Part shown: positions 28,176 through 45,445 of the stretch, piece after piece
How the letters are laid out: the number at the start of each line of letters is the position of its first letter
How positions within the stretch are numbered: position 1 is the first letter of the stretch
From: Nitrosopumilaceae archaeon
Lineage (GTDB): Archaea > Thermoproteota > Nitrososphaeria > Nitrososphaerales > Nitrosopumilaceae
Direction: 5' to 3'
NCBI GenBank assembly: GCA_965203465.1
Contig: CBDBCR010000003.1
Location: 512,001 to 576,000 of the forward strand
DNA: 64,000 nt
The notes under the pieces: model-generated
The model's database searches: none
What the model saw: only the letters and a program-made list of their open reading frames with translations
Told to the model about the DNA's origin: nothing
Program-made: the position numbers and the translations under genes

Positions 28176-29287
28176 CGCTGCCGCACCACGCGGTAAAAGT
28201 TGTCGCGCTCGTCGGGCGCGTACCCCATCTGCCTTATGGCGCCGACTATGCGCCCGTCGTCGAGCTCCGTCGAGCGCGCGCCCGTGCACGATACGACCTC
28301 CTCGCCGATGAGCGTGCCGCCAAAGTCGTCGGCCCCGTGGGCCAGGGCCAGCTGCGCCATGCCCACGCCGTTGGTCAGCCACGAGGACTGCACGTGGTTT
28401 ATCAGGCCGTCGAACATCATGCGCGAGACGGCTATCATCCGCAGCAGCCCGGCCCCGCCGCCGGCGCCGGGCGCCTCGCCGTCCCTCTGCATGGGCGTGT
28501 TGTTGGGCTCGAAGTTCCACGGTATGAACGCCATGAACCCGCGCGTCTCCTCCTGGAGCCGGCGCACGGCCGCAAAGTGCGCGGCCAGCTCGGCGCCCGT
28601 CTCGACGTGCCCGTACATCATGGTGGCCGACGTGGGCAGGCCCTCCAGGTGCGCCTCGCGCATTATGCGCAGCCACTCCGAGCTGGGTATCTTTTTGGGG
28701 CTGATTATGCGCTTGACCCTGTCGGAGAGCACCTCGGCGCCGGCGCCGGGCACCGACTGCAGGCCGGCCTTTTTGAGGCGCGAGACGACCTCGCGCGTCG
28801 AGCAGCGCTCCACGCGAGCTATCATGTCTATCTCCGAGGCCGACAGGCCGTGCACGCCCACCTTGGGGAACTCCGATCGGATCATGGAAAAGGCCTCCTC
28901 GTAGTACTCTATGCCCAGGTCGGGGTTGTGCCCGCCCTGTATGAGCGCCTGCCTTATGCCGAACGACTCCCAGGCCGCGCGCACCCTGGAGCGTATCTGC
29001 TCGATCGACAGGGCGTACGAGTCGGGCGCGCCGGGCGGCCGGTAAAAGGCGCAGAAGCGGCAGTCCGTCACGCACACGTTCGTGTAGTTCAGTATGATGT
29101 TGTTCACGAAGGAGGCGCGCCTGCCGAACCGCCTGCGCGCAAGCTCGCCGCCGACGGCCCCTATCTGGTGGCCCGAGCCGGATTCGAGCAGGCGCAGGCA
29201 GTCCCGCTCCGACGGGCGCGAGCCGGAAAGCGAGGCCTCCAGAACGTCGGACACCGGGCTCGAGGAGAGCTCTGCGAGCCGGGACAC
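28172..29287 (-). CDS. mqnC: Cyclic dehypoxanthine futalosine synthase (CofH/MqnC radical SAM)
   Basis: NYTNVCVTDCRFCAFYR, QGGHNP, PGAGAEVL, ATMMYGHVET and GADDFGGT motifs. Confidence 0.88.
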   Translation of the reverse strand: MSRLAELSSSPVSDVLEASLSGSRPSERDCLRLLESGSGHQIGAVGGELARRRFGRRASFVNNIILNYTNVCVTDCRFCAFYRPPGAPDSYALSIEQIRSRVRAAWESFGIRQALIQGGHNPDLGIEYYEEAFSMIRSEFPKVGVHGLSASEIDMIARVERCSTREVVSRLKKAGLQSVPGAGAEVLSDRVKRIISPKKIPSSEWLRIMREAHLEGLPTSATMMYGHVETGAELAAHFAAVRRLQEETRGFMAFIPWNFEPNNTPMQRDGEAPGAGGGAGLLRMIAVSRMMFDGLINHVQSSWLTNGVGMAQLALAHGADDFGGTLIGEEVVSCTGARSTELDDGRIVGAIRQMGYAPDERDNFYRVVRQR

Positions 29288-29338
29288 GCGCTCGATCCCG
29301 CAGTTTGGTATTTAATCCTTGGCGGGGCCGCCGCCCGC

Positions 29339-30718
29339 GTGAACCCGGCGTGGGCCGCAGCGTGCGCGGTTGCCCTCTTTGCTCACCCCCTCGCCCTTGC
29401 GCAGTCCCCCGACCAGCTTCTCCTCGAGGGCAGGTACGCAGAGGCGGTGCGCGGCTACGAACTGGTCCTCCAAGAGTCGCCGCGCGACGCGCGCGCGCTT
29501 TTGATGAAGGGCGTGGCAGAGCAGAACTCGGGCATGCACGCAGAGGCGATGAGCTCGTTCTTTGCGGTGCTGCAGGAAAGGCCCGGGCAGTGGCGCGCGC
29601 TGGCGGGCCTGGTGGTAGGCATGGGGAACCTGGGCGAGTACGGCCAGGCGCTAGAGTACGCGCAGAGGGCGCGCGCGGCGAGCCCGCAGAGCGCGGTGGC
29701 CGCAAACTACGCCGAGCGCATGGAGGCCACCGTCGCAAAGTACCCGCACGAGCCGGTCGCAAAGCCGGACTGGGTGCGCATGTCCGAGCCGCATTCGCCC
29801 GGGCAGACGTGGCTCGCAGAAGCCGCGGGCAGGTGGGGCGAGGGCAGGATGGCAAACTACGAGTTCGTCCCGTACGTAGAGTACATGGAAAGGGCCGGCC
29901 TGCTGTCCATAGAGCGCGACGCCGGGGGCACCGACTTTCCCGGCTGGGCCCGCGCCAACGGCTCGCTTTTGGCCTCGGGCCTGATAACCCTGGGCGAGTT
30001 CGCCGCCGGCCTGGAGTACATGGCCAACGCCGGCATCGCGTCGGTCGACATGCCGCGCGGGCCGGCCGAAAGGGACGCGTACCGCGACCGGCAGGCCTCG
30101 GAGTTCGCGAGGTACGCAAGGGCCGTCGAGGCGGCGGCCGCCTCCGAAAAGAGGTACGTCGAGTTTCCCAACCCCAGCCCCGACGTCATAAAGAAGTTCC
30201 TGCGCGACTACGCGCGGTGGAATTTCGAGCAGGAGATAGCCGGCGCATCGACGCAGTTTCCCGACCCCGTCGTCGAGCGCGGGCCCGGCTCCACGGTGGT
30301 AAAGTACAGGGTGTACGTAAACGACCAGCCCCACGGCCTCCCGCTCGACCACGTGCCCACCCTGGTGGAGGCCGCCTCGTACTGGGAGCAGCGGCGCCTC
30401 TCCGAGGGGGGCAGGGACGCCAGCGTCGAGTTCGAGCTGGTCCCCTCGAGGCAGGGCGCCAGCGTCTGGGTGACGTGGGTGGTGCGCGACATAGGCGAGG
30501 GCGTCCTGGGCCACGCGCACCTGGGCAAGGGCGTAGTCGAGGTGGCCCTGGGCGACTATGCGTGCGACGGCAGTTTCCAGCTGTACGACGTGGAATCGGT
30601 GGGCCACGTCATGAGGCACGAGCTGGGCCACTCGATAGGGCTGCGCCACTCGCCCGATCCGGCCGACGTGATGTACCCGACGGCCTCGCCGTCCTACGCG
30701 TACTGCCTGCTGGACTAG
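29339..30718 (+). CDS. Secreted TPR + matrixin/M57-like zinc metalloprotease
   Basis: Signal peptide from GTG 29339, TPR helices, HELGHSIGLRHS..DVMYP (metzincin motif with Met-turn). Confidence 0.85.
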   Translation: MNPAWAAACAVALFAHPLALAQSPDQLLLEGRYAEAVRGYELVLQESPRDARALLMKGVAEQNSGMHAEAMSSFFAVLQERPGQWRALAGLVVGMGNLGEYGQALEYAQRARAASPQSAVAANYAERMEATVAKYPHEPVAKPDWVRMSEPHSPGQTWLAEAAGRWGEGRMANYEFVPYVEYMERAGLLSIERDAGGTDFPGWARANGSLLASGLITLGEFAAGLEYMANAGIASVDMPRGPAERDAYRDRQASEFARYARAVEAAAASEKRYVEFPNPSPDVIKKFLRDYARWNFEQEIAGASTQFPDPVVERGPGSTVVKYRVYVNDQPHGLPLDHVPTLVEAASYWEQRRLSEGGRDASVEFELVPSRQGASVWVTWVVRDIGEGVLGHAHLGKGVVEVALGDYACDGSFQLYDVESVGHVMRHELGHSIGLRHSPDPADVMYPTASPSYAYCLLD

Positions 30719-30794
30719 CCCACGAATCACCGGCTGAAAAATCGTAAAAAGCGTAATAAGGCAGTGCCCGATCGGTGGCCCGTTGAGCACCTTC

Positions 30795-31682
30795 ATGGCA
30801 AAATGCGACGTTTGCGGCAAGAAAAAGCTGGTCACCGACCAGAGCTCCGGCGAGGTGTTCTGCGCCAACTGCGGCCTGGTGGCCTCGGACAAGACCGAGG
30901 ACATGGGGGCAGAGTGGCGCGCCTTTTCCAGCGAGGACAACAGCAGGGCCAGGGCCGGGCCCGGCTCGTCGCTGGCCATGCACGACATGGGCCTCTCGAC
31001 CATAATAGGGCAGACCAACAGGGATTCGACGGGCAAGCCGCTCTCGACCAACGTAAAGAGGTCCATAGACAGGCTGCGCACCTGGGACAGCAGGACGCAG
31101 GCGCACTCGTCGGCGGACCGCAACCTGAGGCAGGCGCTCAACGAGATGGACAAGCTCAAGGACAAGCTGGGCCTGACCGATCCGGTCATAGAAAAGGCCG
31201 CCTACATATACCGCAAGGCCATGGACAAAAAGCTGGTCAGGGGCAGGTCGATACAGGGGCTGGTGGCCGCCTGCCTGTACGCGTCGTGCCGCAACACCGA
31301 GACGCCGCGCACCCTCGACGACATAGCCGACGGCATAAACATCAGGCGCAAGGACGTGGCCCGCTGCTACCGCCTCATATACAGGGAGCTGGAGCTGAAG
31401 ATGCCCGTAGTCGATCCCGTAAAGGGCGTCTCGCGGATAGCCAGCATCGCAAAGCTGAGCGAGCGCTCCAAGCGCAGGGCCGTGACGATACTCAACCGCG
31501 CCAAGGAGATAGGCATGGTGGCCGGCAAGGATCCCATGGGGATAGCGGCGGCGGCCCTGTACCTCGCCTGCATAAGCACCGGCGAGTCAAAGTCGCAGAA
31601 GGACATATCGCTGGCCTCGGGCGTCACCGAGGTCACCATACGCAACAGGTGCGCGGGCCTGCGCAAGATCATGCAGGAATAG
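30795..31682 (+). CDS. tfb: Transcription initiation factor IIB
   Basis: Zinc ribbon CDVC..CANC, EWRAF, cyclin repeats, GKDPMGIAAAALY, GVTEVTIRNR. Confidence 0.96.
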   Translation: MAKCDVCGKKKLVTDQSSGEVFCANCGLVASDKTEDMGAEWRAFSSEDNSRARAGPGSSLAMHDMGLSTIIGQTNRDSTGKPLSTNVKRSIDRLRTWDSRTQAHSSADRNLRQALNEMDKLKDKLGLTDPVIEKAAYIYRKAMDKKLVRGRSIQGLVAACLYASCRNTETPRTLDDIADGINIRRKDVARCYRLIYRELELKMPVVDPVKGVSRIASIAKLSERSKRRAVTILNRAKEIGMVAGKDPMGIAAAALYLACISTGESKSQKDISLASGVTEVTIRNRCAGLRKIMQE

Positions 31683-31719
31683 GCACCGTTTTTATGTGGG
31701 CCGCCGCGCCGCCCCCCCG

Positions 31720-32139
31720 TTGAGGCTCTCCAAGATACTGGTGCCCATAGACGGCTCGGCCAACTCCTTCCGCGGGCTGGAGGCGGCCGCCAGCATCGCC
31801 GCCAAGGCGGGCGCGTCGATAATACTCATGCACTCGGTCTACGAGCCCTCGCGCAGCGAGACGGGGGGCGGATCCGGGATGAGCCGGGAGCGCGGCGCCG
31901 AGATACAAAAGATGATGTCGAGGGCCGAGTCGTACCTGGAAAAGGCCCACGTAGAGTACACAAAGAGGATCATCGCGGGCAACGTCGGCCACAACGTCGT
32001 AAAGGTGGCCAACTCGAGGAAGGTCGACATGGTCGTGATAGGCTCGCGCGGCAGGAGCCTGGTGAGGGAGATGTTCTTCGGCAGCACGGCAAACTACGTC
32101 GTGCACGCCTCCAGGGTGCCCGTGCTGATCGTAAAGTAG
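31720..32139 (+). CDS. Universal stress protein
   Basis: KILVPIDGSANS and VVIGSRG..FFGSTANYVVH..PVLIVK motifs. Confidence 0.92.
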   Translation: MRLSKILVPIDGSANSFRGLEAAASIAAKAGASIILMHSVYEPSRSETGGGSGMSRERGAEIQKMMSRAESYLEKAHVEYTKRIIAGNVGHNVVKVANSRKVDMVVIGSRGRSLVREMFFGSTANYVVHASRVPVLIVK

Positions 32140-32156
32140 CCCCGGGCGGCGGGGCT

Positions 32157-32612
32157 TTACCCCGACGCGGCCTTGCGTATGTACTGCTGGTGGTACTCTT
32201 CTGCCTCGTAGAACGGGCCGGCCTCGGCTATTTCGGTGACCGCCGGCGCGCGCAGCCTGCCAGAGGCCGAGAGCGCGGCGGCCGACTTTGATGCAGAGCC
32301 CATCTGATCCGGGCCGTGGCAGAAGACCGCCGAGCGGTACTGGCTGCCCACGTCCGGCCCCTGCCTGTCGCGCGTGGTCGGATCGTGGCACGACCAAAAC
32401 ACATCCAGCAGGCGCTCGTACGAGACGCGCGCCGGATCGTACGTTACCTCGACTGCCTCGGCGTGGCCGGTGCGGCCGGTGCAGACCTGCTCGTAGGTCG
32501 GGTTTTGCGCGCCGCCGCCCGTGTACCCCACCCTCGTCGAGACTACCCCCTCGGTCCTGCGGAACACCTCCTCAACGTGCCAAAAGCACCCGGCGGCGAA
32601 CGTGGCCTTCAT
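32157..32612 (-). CDS. msrA: Peptide-methionine (S)-S-oxide reductase
   Basis: [27 protein letters not shown] and [11 protein letters not shown] motifs. Confidence 0.95.
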   Translation of the reverse strand: MKATFAAGCFWHVEEVFRRTEGVVSTRVGYTGGGAQNPTYEQVCTGRTGHAEAVEVTYDPARVSYERLLDVFWSCHDPTTRDRQGPDVGSQYRSAVFCHGPDQMGSASKSAAALSASGRLRAPAVTEIAEAGPFYEAEEYHQQYIRKAASG

Positions 32613-32974
32613 GCTATCTTTTTCACGCTCCAGTCCGGGCCCACCAAGAGCCCCTGCACGCTCACCGGCAGGCCCCACCCGCGCACGCGCTCGACGGCCG
32701 CGCGCACGTGCTCCGCGTGCGCGGCCGCGTCCACCGGGTTGGCCGCGCAGTCGTGGTGGCCCGAGACGAATATGATCCGGGAGCCGTGCGCCCGGACCGA
32801 TATCTCCGCCTTGGATCTCAGGTCGGGCCTGTCCTTTTCGTGCAGCGCGAGGTCGCAGCCCGGCTCCGTTATCGTGTCGACGTGATCGACGCCGAGCTCG
32901 GAGCGTATCCATTCGCGCACGGGCGCCTGCACGCGCCCGTCGATGCACTGTATCGAGGTGGCGAACGAGGCCGT
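32609..32974 (-). CDS. Putative beta-type carbonic anhydrase; ACG where the start codon is expected
   Basis: [19 protein letters not shown] and [11 protein letters not shown] (Cys/His/Cys zinc ligands). The CxDGR motif lies upstream of the first canonical start (GTG 32932). Confidence 0.7.
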   Translation of the reverse strand, partial: TASFATSIQCIDGRVQAPVREWIRSELGVDHVDTITEPGCDLALHEKDRPDLRSKAEISVRAHGSRIIFVSGHHDCAANPVDAAAHAEHVRAAVERVRGWGLPVSVQGLLVGPDWSVKKIA

Positions 32975-33346
32975 CTAGCGCACCCCCGAAAAGACGTCGA
33001 CTACGAGCCTGGCCATGCTCTCTATGTCGACGGACGGCTCTGCCGATATGAGCAGTATGATCCCCGAGACGGGGAACGGGAAGCTGATGAGCACCGCCTT
33101 GTCGCGCCGGGCGGCCAGGTAGTTTATCGGGCCGAGGCTCGCGTCGTATTCCTTGCGGACGGTTATCTTTGAGACGAACTCCATGAACGAGCTCAGCTGC
33201 CTGTCGTTTTCTTCGAGGCGCGGCAGCCCCTCGCGCTGGCCGCCCGAGACGAGGCGGCCGTCGGCGTCTATTATCCCGGCGAAGCGCACGTCCTTTTCCT
33301 TGAGGAGCCGGGCGCACTTTGGGCCGTAGTCCGGGTACCGGGCCAT
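32975..33346 (-). CDS. DUF6659/roadblock-like protein
   Basis: [37 protein letters not shown], a profilin/roadblock-like pattern common in AOA. Confidence 0.8.
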   Translation of the reverse strand: MARYPDYGPKCARLLKEKDVRFAGIIDADGRLVSGGQREGLPRLEENDRQLSSFMEFVSKITVRKEYDASLGPINYLAARRDKAVLISFPFPVSGIILLISAEPSVDIESMARLVVDVFSGVR

Positions 33347-33410
33347 GTCCCGAAAAACGGGGATCGGCATAAAAACCTAGCCTGTCGATAAAAAGGGGGT
33401 TGGAGGGGCC

Positions 33411-33758
33411 CTACCTGAACGTGCCGACTTTGCGGATGACCTTGGTGTGGTCGAACCGCTTGGTGGTGGTCACGTACAGGAGGTACGAGCGCCCCGCCGG
33501 CATCGTTATGCGCTTGACCTCCTCGTATTCTGCCATCGCGTATTTGCACTTGCCCAGCTTCGTGGCCAGCTTTTTGCGCTTGGCCCACTGGCCGGCCGCC
33601 ATCTTTAGCGACGCGGTGCTTTCCTTGGCCGAGAGCTTGTTGCGCACAGAGGGGCTGCGGGCGTGGTATATCAGCTTGCCCTTCATGTCGCATATGCTGA
33701 CCATGCGGACGCCGTTTCCCAGCTTTAGCAGGCTCTTGGCTATGGCTGCTGTCTCCAT
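33411..33758 (-). CDS. DUF6659/roadblock-like protein
   Basis: VRMVSICDMKGKLIY..LGKCKYAMAEYEEVKRITMP..LLYVTT; TTTATC upstream of ATG 33758. Confidence 0.8.
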   Translation of the reverse strand: METAAIAKSLLKLGNGVRMVSICDMKGKLIYHARSPSVRNKLSAKESTASLKMAAGQWAKRKKLATKLGKCKYAMAEYEEVKRITMPAGRSYLLYVTTTKRFDHTKVIRKVGTFR

Positions 33759-33957
33759 TGGCCCCGGGCGACGTACCCTAGATGATAAAGCTTTAGATCG
33801 GCCCGGCGCGCGCGGTTTGCCGGCCCGCGGCGGCCGCGCCGGGTCCGGGCGCCGCAAAGCGCGCCACGGGGCCCGATCCGGCGGGCCCGGCGCCGGCCCG
33901 TCTTTCGGCGCTTGCCGTGCACGTCCGCGTCCCCGTTCCGGCGCGCGCTTTGCCCGC

Positions 33958-35127
33958 TCACGCGGTGGCTCCTATTTCCTCGGCCACGAAGACTTTGGAT
34001 CTGTGCGGCGCGTCCGCACGCGCCAGTATTCCCGCCTGCACCAGCTCTTCCACCGCGCTCTTTGCCCCCGGATACGACGCGTCGAGGATGCCGCGCGCCG
34101 CCGGTATCGTCACGTACGGGTTCGCAAAGAGGCTCTCCATCAGGCGCACGGCGCGGCCCCCGGCGCCGCGCTTCTCGAGAGCGCCGGCGTACCCGTCGCG
34201 CACCGAGGCGAGCCTGCCGATTCCTTTGATCGCCGCGTCCGCCCGCTCTTCGAAGGCGCGCAGAAAGAACGCGATCCATTCGTTCCAAGAGCTAGTCTGG
34301 CTCACAGAAAGCAGTCCGTCGTAGTATTCTGCAAGATGCCCCTCAAAGTACGCGCTGAGGTGCAGCATGGGCGCGGCCCCTTTTTCGTGGAGCATCAGCG
34401 AAAGCAGCATCCTGCCTACCCGGCCGTTCCCGTCGAAGAACGGGTGTATCGCCTCGAACTGGTAGTGCGCCACGGCGCACCGCACCAGCACGGACGCGAC
34501 GGCGTCCGTCCGGACGAACCCGCACAAGTCGTCTAGCAGGCCGGGCACGAATCTGGCGTCGGGGGGCATGTAGATTATCCTGCCGCCCTTGCCTATCCAG
34601 TTCTGCCCGTCGCGCAGATCTCCGGGCGATTTGACCCAGCCGCGCACGCCGTACATCAGGATCCGGTGCGCCCCTCGGATCAGGTCCGGATCTATTCTGC
34701 GGCCGCCCTCCAGCTCGCCCAGCGCGCCCTCGAGCGCCGAGGCGCAGCTGATCACCTCGCCCAGCCGCGCGCCGCCGCCCCCCGCCCACGCGCCGCCGGT
34801 CGCCTCGCGCAAGTTCAGATCCGCCAGCGACGCAGACGTCCCCTCGATTCGGGAGCTCGAGACCGCCTCCCTCTTTAGGAACGAGCGGGCCAGGGCGCGC
34901 GCGTTGGGCGCGGCGCCCGCCTTGCCGCGCAGCTCCGCCACCCTGCTCTCGGCCCCGGACAGGAGCGCGGCCGTCTCGCGGTCGCAGTCCAGCGAGGGGG
35001 GAAGGCCCGCGGGCACGAACGTGCGCTGGTTGAGCATGTTTGGCACGAAAGCTCCGGCCGGGTTGGTGAAGCCGCTCCTGTCCCAGTCCAGGTCGCCGGG
35101 TTTGCTTTCCTGTAGCCTGGCCGCCAC
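33958..35127 (-). CDS. Fic-family protein (N-terminal Fic/DOC domain, C-terminal HTH)
   Basis: EAVSSSRIEGT, HYQFEAIHPFFDGNGRVGR and a C-terminal winged-HTH-like segment. Confidence 0.92.
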   Translation of the reverse strand: MAARLQESKPGDLDWDRSGFTNPAGAFVPNMLNQRTFVPAGLPPSLDCDRETAALLSGAESRVAELRGKAGAAPNARALARSFLKREAVSSSRIEGTSASLADLNLREATGGAWAGGGGARLGEVISCASALEGALGELEGGRRIDPDLIRGAHRILMYGVRGWVKSPGDLRDGQNWIGKGGRIIYMPPDARFVPGLLDDLCGFVRTDAVASVLVRCAVAHYQFEAIHPFFDGNGRVGRMLLSLMLHEKGAAPMLHLSAYFEGHLAEYYDGLLSVSQTSSWNEWIAFFLRAFEERADAAIKGIGRLASVRDGYAGALEKRGAGGRAVRLMESLFANPYVTIPAARGILDASYPGAKSAVEELVQAGILARADAPHRSKVFVAEEIGATA

Positions 35128-35171
35128 CGTCTGGATCCGCCGTCCTGCGTTATATTGTCAGCTCGTTGAGC

Positions 35172-35264
35172 GGATCCAGTTTCGCTTAATCGGATAGGGT
35201 CAAGTAGACCCAGAGCTTGACGGATTCCGGCCGGATTAAGCGAATCTGGGATCCGCTTAATCGG
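35172..35264. repeat. Imperfect inverted repeat with three CGCTTAATC(C)GG motifs
   Basis: GGATCCAGTTTCGCTTAATCGG (35172-35193) pairs with CCGGATTAAGCGAATCTGGGATCC (35231-35254); a third motif is at 35252-35264. Confidence 0.65.
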
Positions 35265-35417
35265 GTTCCCCGAGCCGGCGGCAGAGCCGCGGGGCAGGCG
35301 CGAAGTGGCGGCCTCCGGATCAAGAACCGGCACGGCCGGAAAACGCAGAGTCGTGTACAGCGTCCGCTAGGGCCCGTAAAAAATGGACCGTCGCGCATAG
35401 TCTCTATGTGTGTGGCT

Positions 35418-38419
<3,002 letters not shown>

Positions 38420-38565
38420 TACAGCCACATATTACACGACTATGCGCGACGATCATCGCAAGGGGCCCTGCCGGGCCTCCCCGCTACATCCTTCATCCGC
38501 CACTTTCGTGGCGCATTGCACCGATGGTTCGCGGAAAGACATGCGCGCACCCGCTTGTGTTCCTA

Positions 38566-40036
<1,471 letters not shown>

Positions 40037-40239
40037 CGATGTCGTATGGTTTTGGTCGTACGTATTGGAATTTGACGGATGCGCACATGTCTTTCACGCA
40101 TCAGAACTGACCTCGCGATCAGAACCTCATCCATGTATCCGAAACTGGAGGCCCGCAGGTCACAGTGTGGCGTACCGCCACCCCTCGCTGCAAGCGCCGC
40201 TCTTGCGTTCCGTATGTGCACCCCCGTCCCGCTCGAATA

Positions 40240-40247
40240 CATATAAA
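40240..40247. promoter_or_regulatory. TATA element between the rRNA operon (-) and hemL (+), possibly shared
   Basis: CATATAAA on +, TTTATATG on -; ~26 nt before GTG 40273 and upstream of the 16S leader stem. Confidence 0.55.
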
Positions 40248-40272
40248 CCATCGGGCCCCGACGGGCCCGCCG

Positions 40273-41559
40273 GTGGACGCCGAGGCCCTCTACAGGAGAA
40301 AGACGCCCCTGTCCGCCCGGCTCTTCGCCAGATCGGAGCGCCTGCACCCGGGCGGGGTCAGCCACAACATACGGTACTTCGAGCCGTACCCCTTCGTCTC
40401 CGTGTCCGCCTCGGGGAGCCGCATCGAAGACGCTGACGGCAACCGGTACACCGACTACTGGATGGGCCACTGGAGCCTCGTCCTGGGCCACTCGCCCCCC
40501 CGGGTGCGCTCGGCCCTGGCCGCCCAGCTCGGAAAGGGCTGGATGCACGGTACGTCCAACGAGCCGACCCTGAGGCTCTCGGAGCTGATACGGAGGGCGG
40601 TGCCGGCCGCCGAAAAGATACGGTACACGGCCTCGGGGACCGAGGCGGTCGCGTACTCTGTGCGGCTGGCGCGCGCGGCGACCGGGAAAAAGACGGCTGC
40701 CAAGATAGAGGGCGGGTGGCACGGGTACGGGCCCGGCCTGGTAAGGTCGGTCAACGCGCCGTTCGATGTACCGGAGGGCGCCGGCATGTCCGGCGAGGAA
40801 AATACCGTCTCGCTTCCGTACAACGACCTGGAGGGCTCCTTGGACGCGCTGCGCAAGACAAAGAGCCTCGCGTGCGTCGTGGCAGAGCCGCTGCTCGGCG
40901 GGGGCGGCGGGATACCGGCCGAGCCCGACTACCTGAAGGGCCTGCAGGAGTTTGCGCAAAAGCGCGGGGCTCTTTTGATACTCGACGAGATAGTCACCGG
41001 GTTCCGGCTGAGGTACGGGTGCGCGTACCAGCCCATGGGGCTGTCGCCCGACATCGTCGCGCTAGGCAAGATAGTCGGGGGCGGCATGCCGGTCGGCGCC
41101 ATCTGCGGGATCGACGAGGTGATGAAGCTTGCCGACGCGCGCTCGTGCCCCAGGAAAAAGAGGGCGTACGTCGGCGGCGGCACCTTCTCGGCCAACCCGG
41201 CGTCGATGGTCTGCGGGTACGAGACGCTCTCGGAGCTGAAGGGCAGGCACGCCGCTTTGAACAGGCTCGGCGTCGCGGCGAGGAAGAGACTGGCCTCGGC
41301 GTTCTCGGGCGAGGCGGCGGTGACCGGCGCGGGCTCGCTGTTCGCGGTCCATTTCGGCGAGGGGCCGGTAAAGAGCGCGGCCGACGCGGCGGCCTGCGAT
41401 CAAAACCTGCAGAAAAGATACCACTTTGAGATGATAGCAAAAGACGGCATATTCTGCCTGCCCGGCAAGATGGGATCCTTTTCGGCGGCCCACTCGGAGG
41501 CGGACGCAAAGCGGCTGGCTTCGGCGTCCGAGCGCTTTGCGCAGTCTTTCAGGAAATGA
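40273..41559 (+). CDS. hemL: Glutamate-1-semialdehyde 2,1-aminomutase-like class III aminotransferase
   Basis: [45 protein letters not shown] and GGTFSANP motifs. Confidence 0.85.
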   Translation: MDAEALYRRKTPLSARLFARSERLHPGGVSHNIRYFEPYPFVSVSASGSRIEDADGNRYTDYWMGHWSLVLGHSPPRVRSALAAQLGKGWMHGTSNEPTLRLSELIRRAVPAAEKIRYTASGTEAVAYSVRLARAATGKKTAAKIEGGWHGYGPGLVRSVNAPFDVPEGAGMSGEENTVSLPYNDLEGSLDALRKTKSLACVVAEPLLGGGGGIPAEPDYLKGLQEFAQKRGALLILDEIVTGFRLRYGCAYQPMGLSPDIVALGKIVGGGMPVGAICGIDEVMKLADARSCPRKKRAYVGGGTFSANPASMVCGYETLSELKGRHAALNRLGVAARKRLASAFSGEAAVTGAGSLFAVHFGEGPVKSAADAAACDQNLQKRYHFEMIAKDGIFCLPGKMGSFSAAHSEADAKRLASASERFAQSFRK

Positions 41560-42004
41560 GGCCCGTGGCGAGGGATTCAAAGTCGGATTCGTACCACCAC
41601 GTCCTGTAGGGGGCCCCGGGCCTGCCCGAGACGTTCAGGGCGATGTGCGAAAAGTCCCCCTTGCCGGACGAGCCGTGCGCGTGGAGCGTGCCGGCCGGTA
41701 TGTGGACGATGTCGCCCTTTGAGAGTTTTTGGGCGCCGGTCTTCCGCATGGAAAACCCCCGGCCCCTCCTGGCCAGGCGCTCGTAGGTCTCCAGGCTGCC
41801 CCTGCCGCCGGTTCCTATGAGTATCTGGCTCCCGCCGTGGCGGTGCAGTTTCGTGCGCGAGCCACGGAACGTGACGTGGTATATGCCGTGGTCCGCGTAG
41901 CCCGCGGGCCCTCCCACGTCGCGCAGCACCGTCGGGCCGGTAAACCACTCTTTTTTCACGTCGCGGCGCACCCTGCCGCCCGTGATGCTGGACTTCACGG
42001 TCAC
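41549..42004 (-). CDS. Cupin-domain protein
   Basis: [12 protein letters not shown] and [15 protein letters not shown] cupin motifs. Confidence 0.85.
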   Translation of the reverse strand: MTVKSSITGGRVRRDVKKEWFTGPTVLRDVGGPAGYADHGIYHVTFRGSRTKLHRHGGSQILIGTGGRGSLETYERLARRGRGFSMRKTGAQKLSKGDIVHIPAGTLHAHGSSGKGDFSHIALNVSGRPGAPYRTWWYESDFESLATGLIS

Positions 42005-42139
42005 GTTGCCGAAAATGCAGGTCTTATACCTTGGCAGGCGCGCTGGACGGCAGCTTTCAAGACGGACGTTTTGGCCTGATGCCGTGAAACCACTCGACCC
42101 GAATCGGGCCTGCGCGAGTAGGCGGCAAACGGTCACGAG

Positions 42140-45441
<3,302 letters not shown>

Positions 45442-45445
<4 letters not shown>

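Noticed and set aside
27143-29338. 1191-aa ORF 27143..30718 as a single protein
   Set aside because: Its 5' two-thirds overlap ubiD (other frame) and mqnC (antisense); only the part from GTG 29339 is protein-like.
38420-38565. tRNA-Ala in the ITS, or a linked 5S rRNA
   Set aside because: The ITS is ~145 bp and occupied by processing stems; no 5S sequence was seen.
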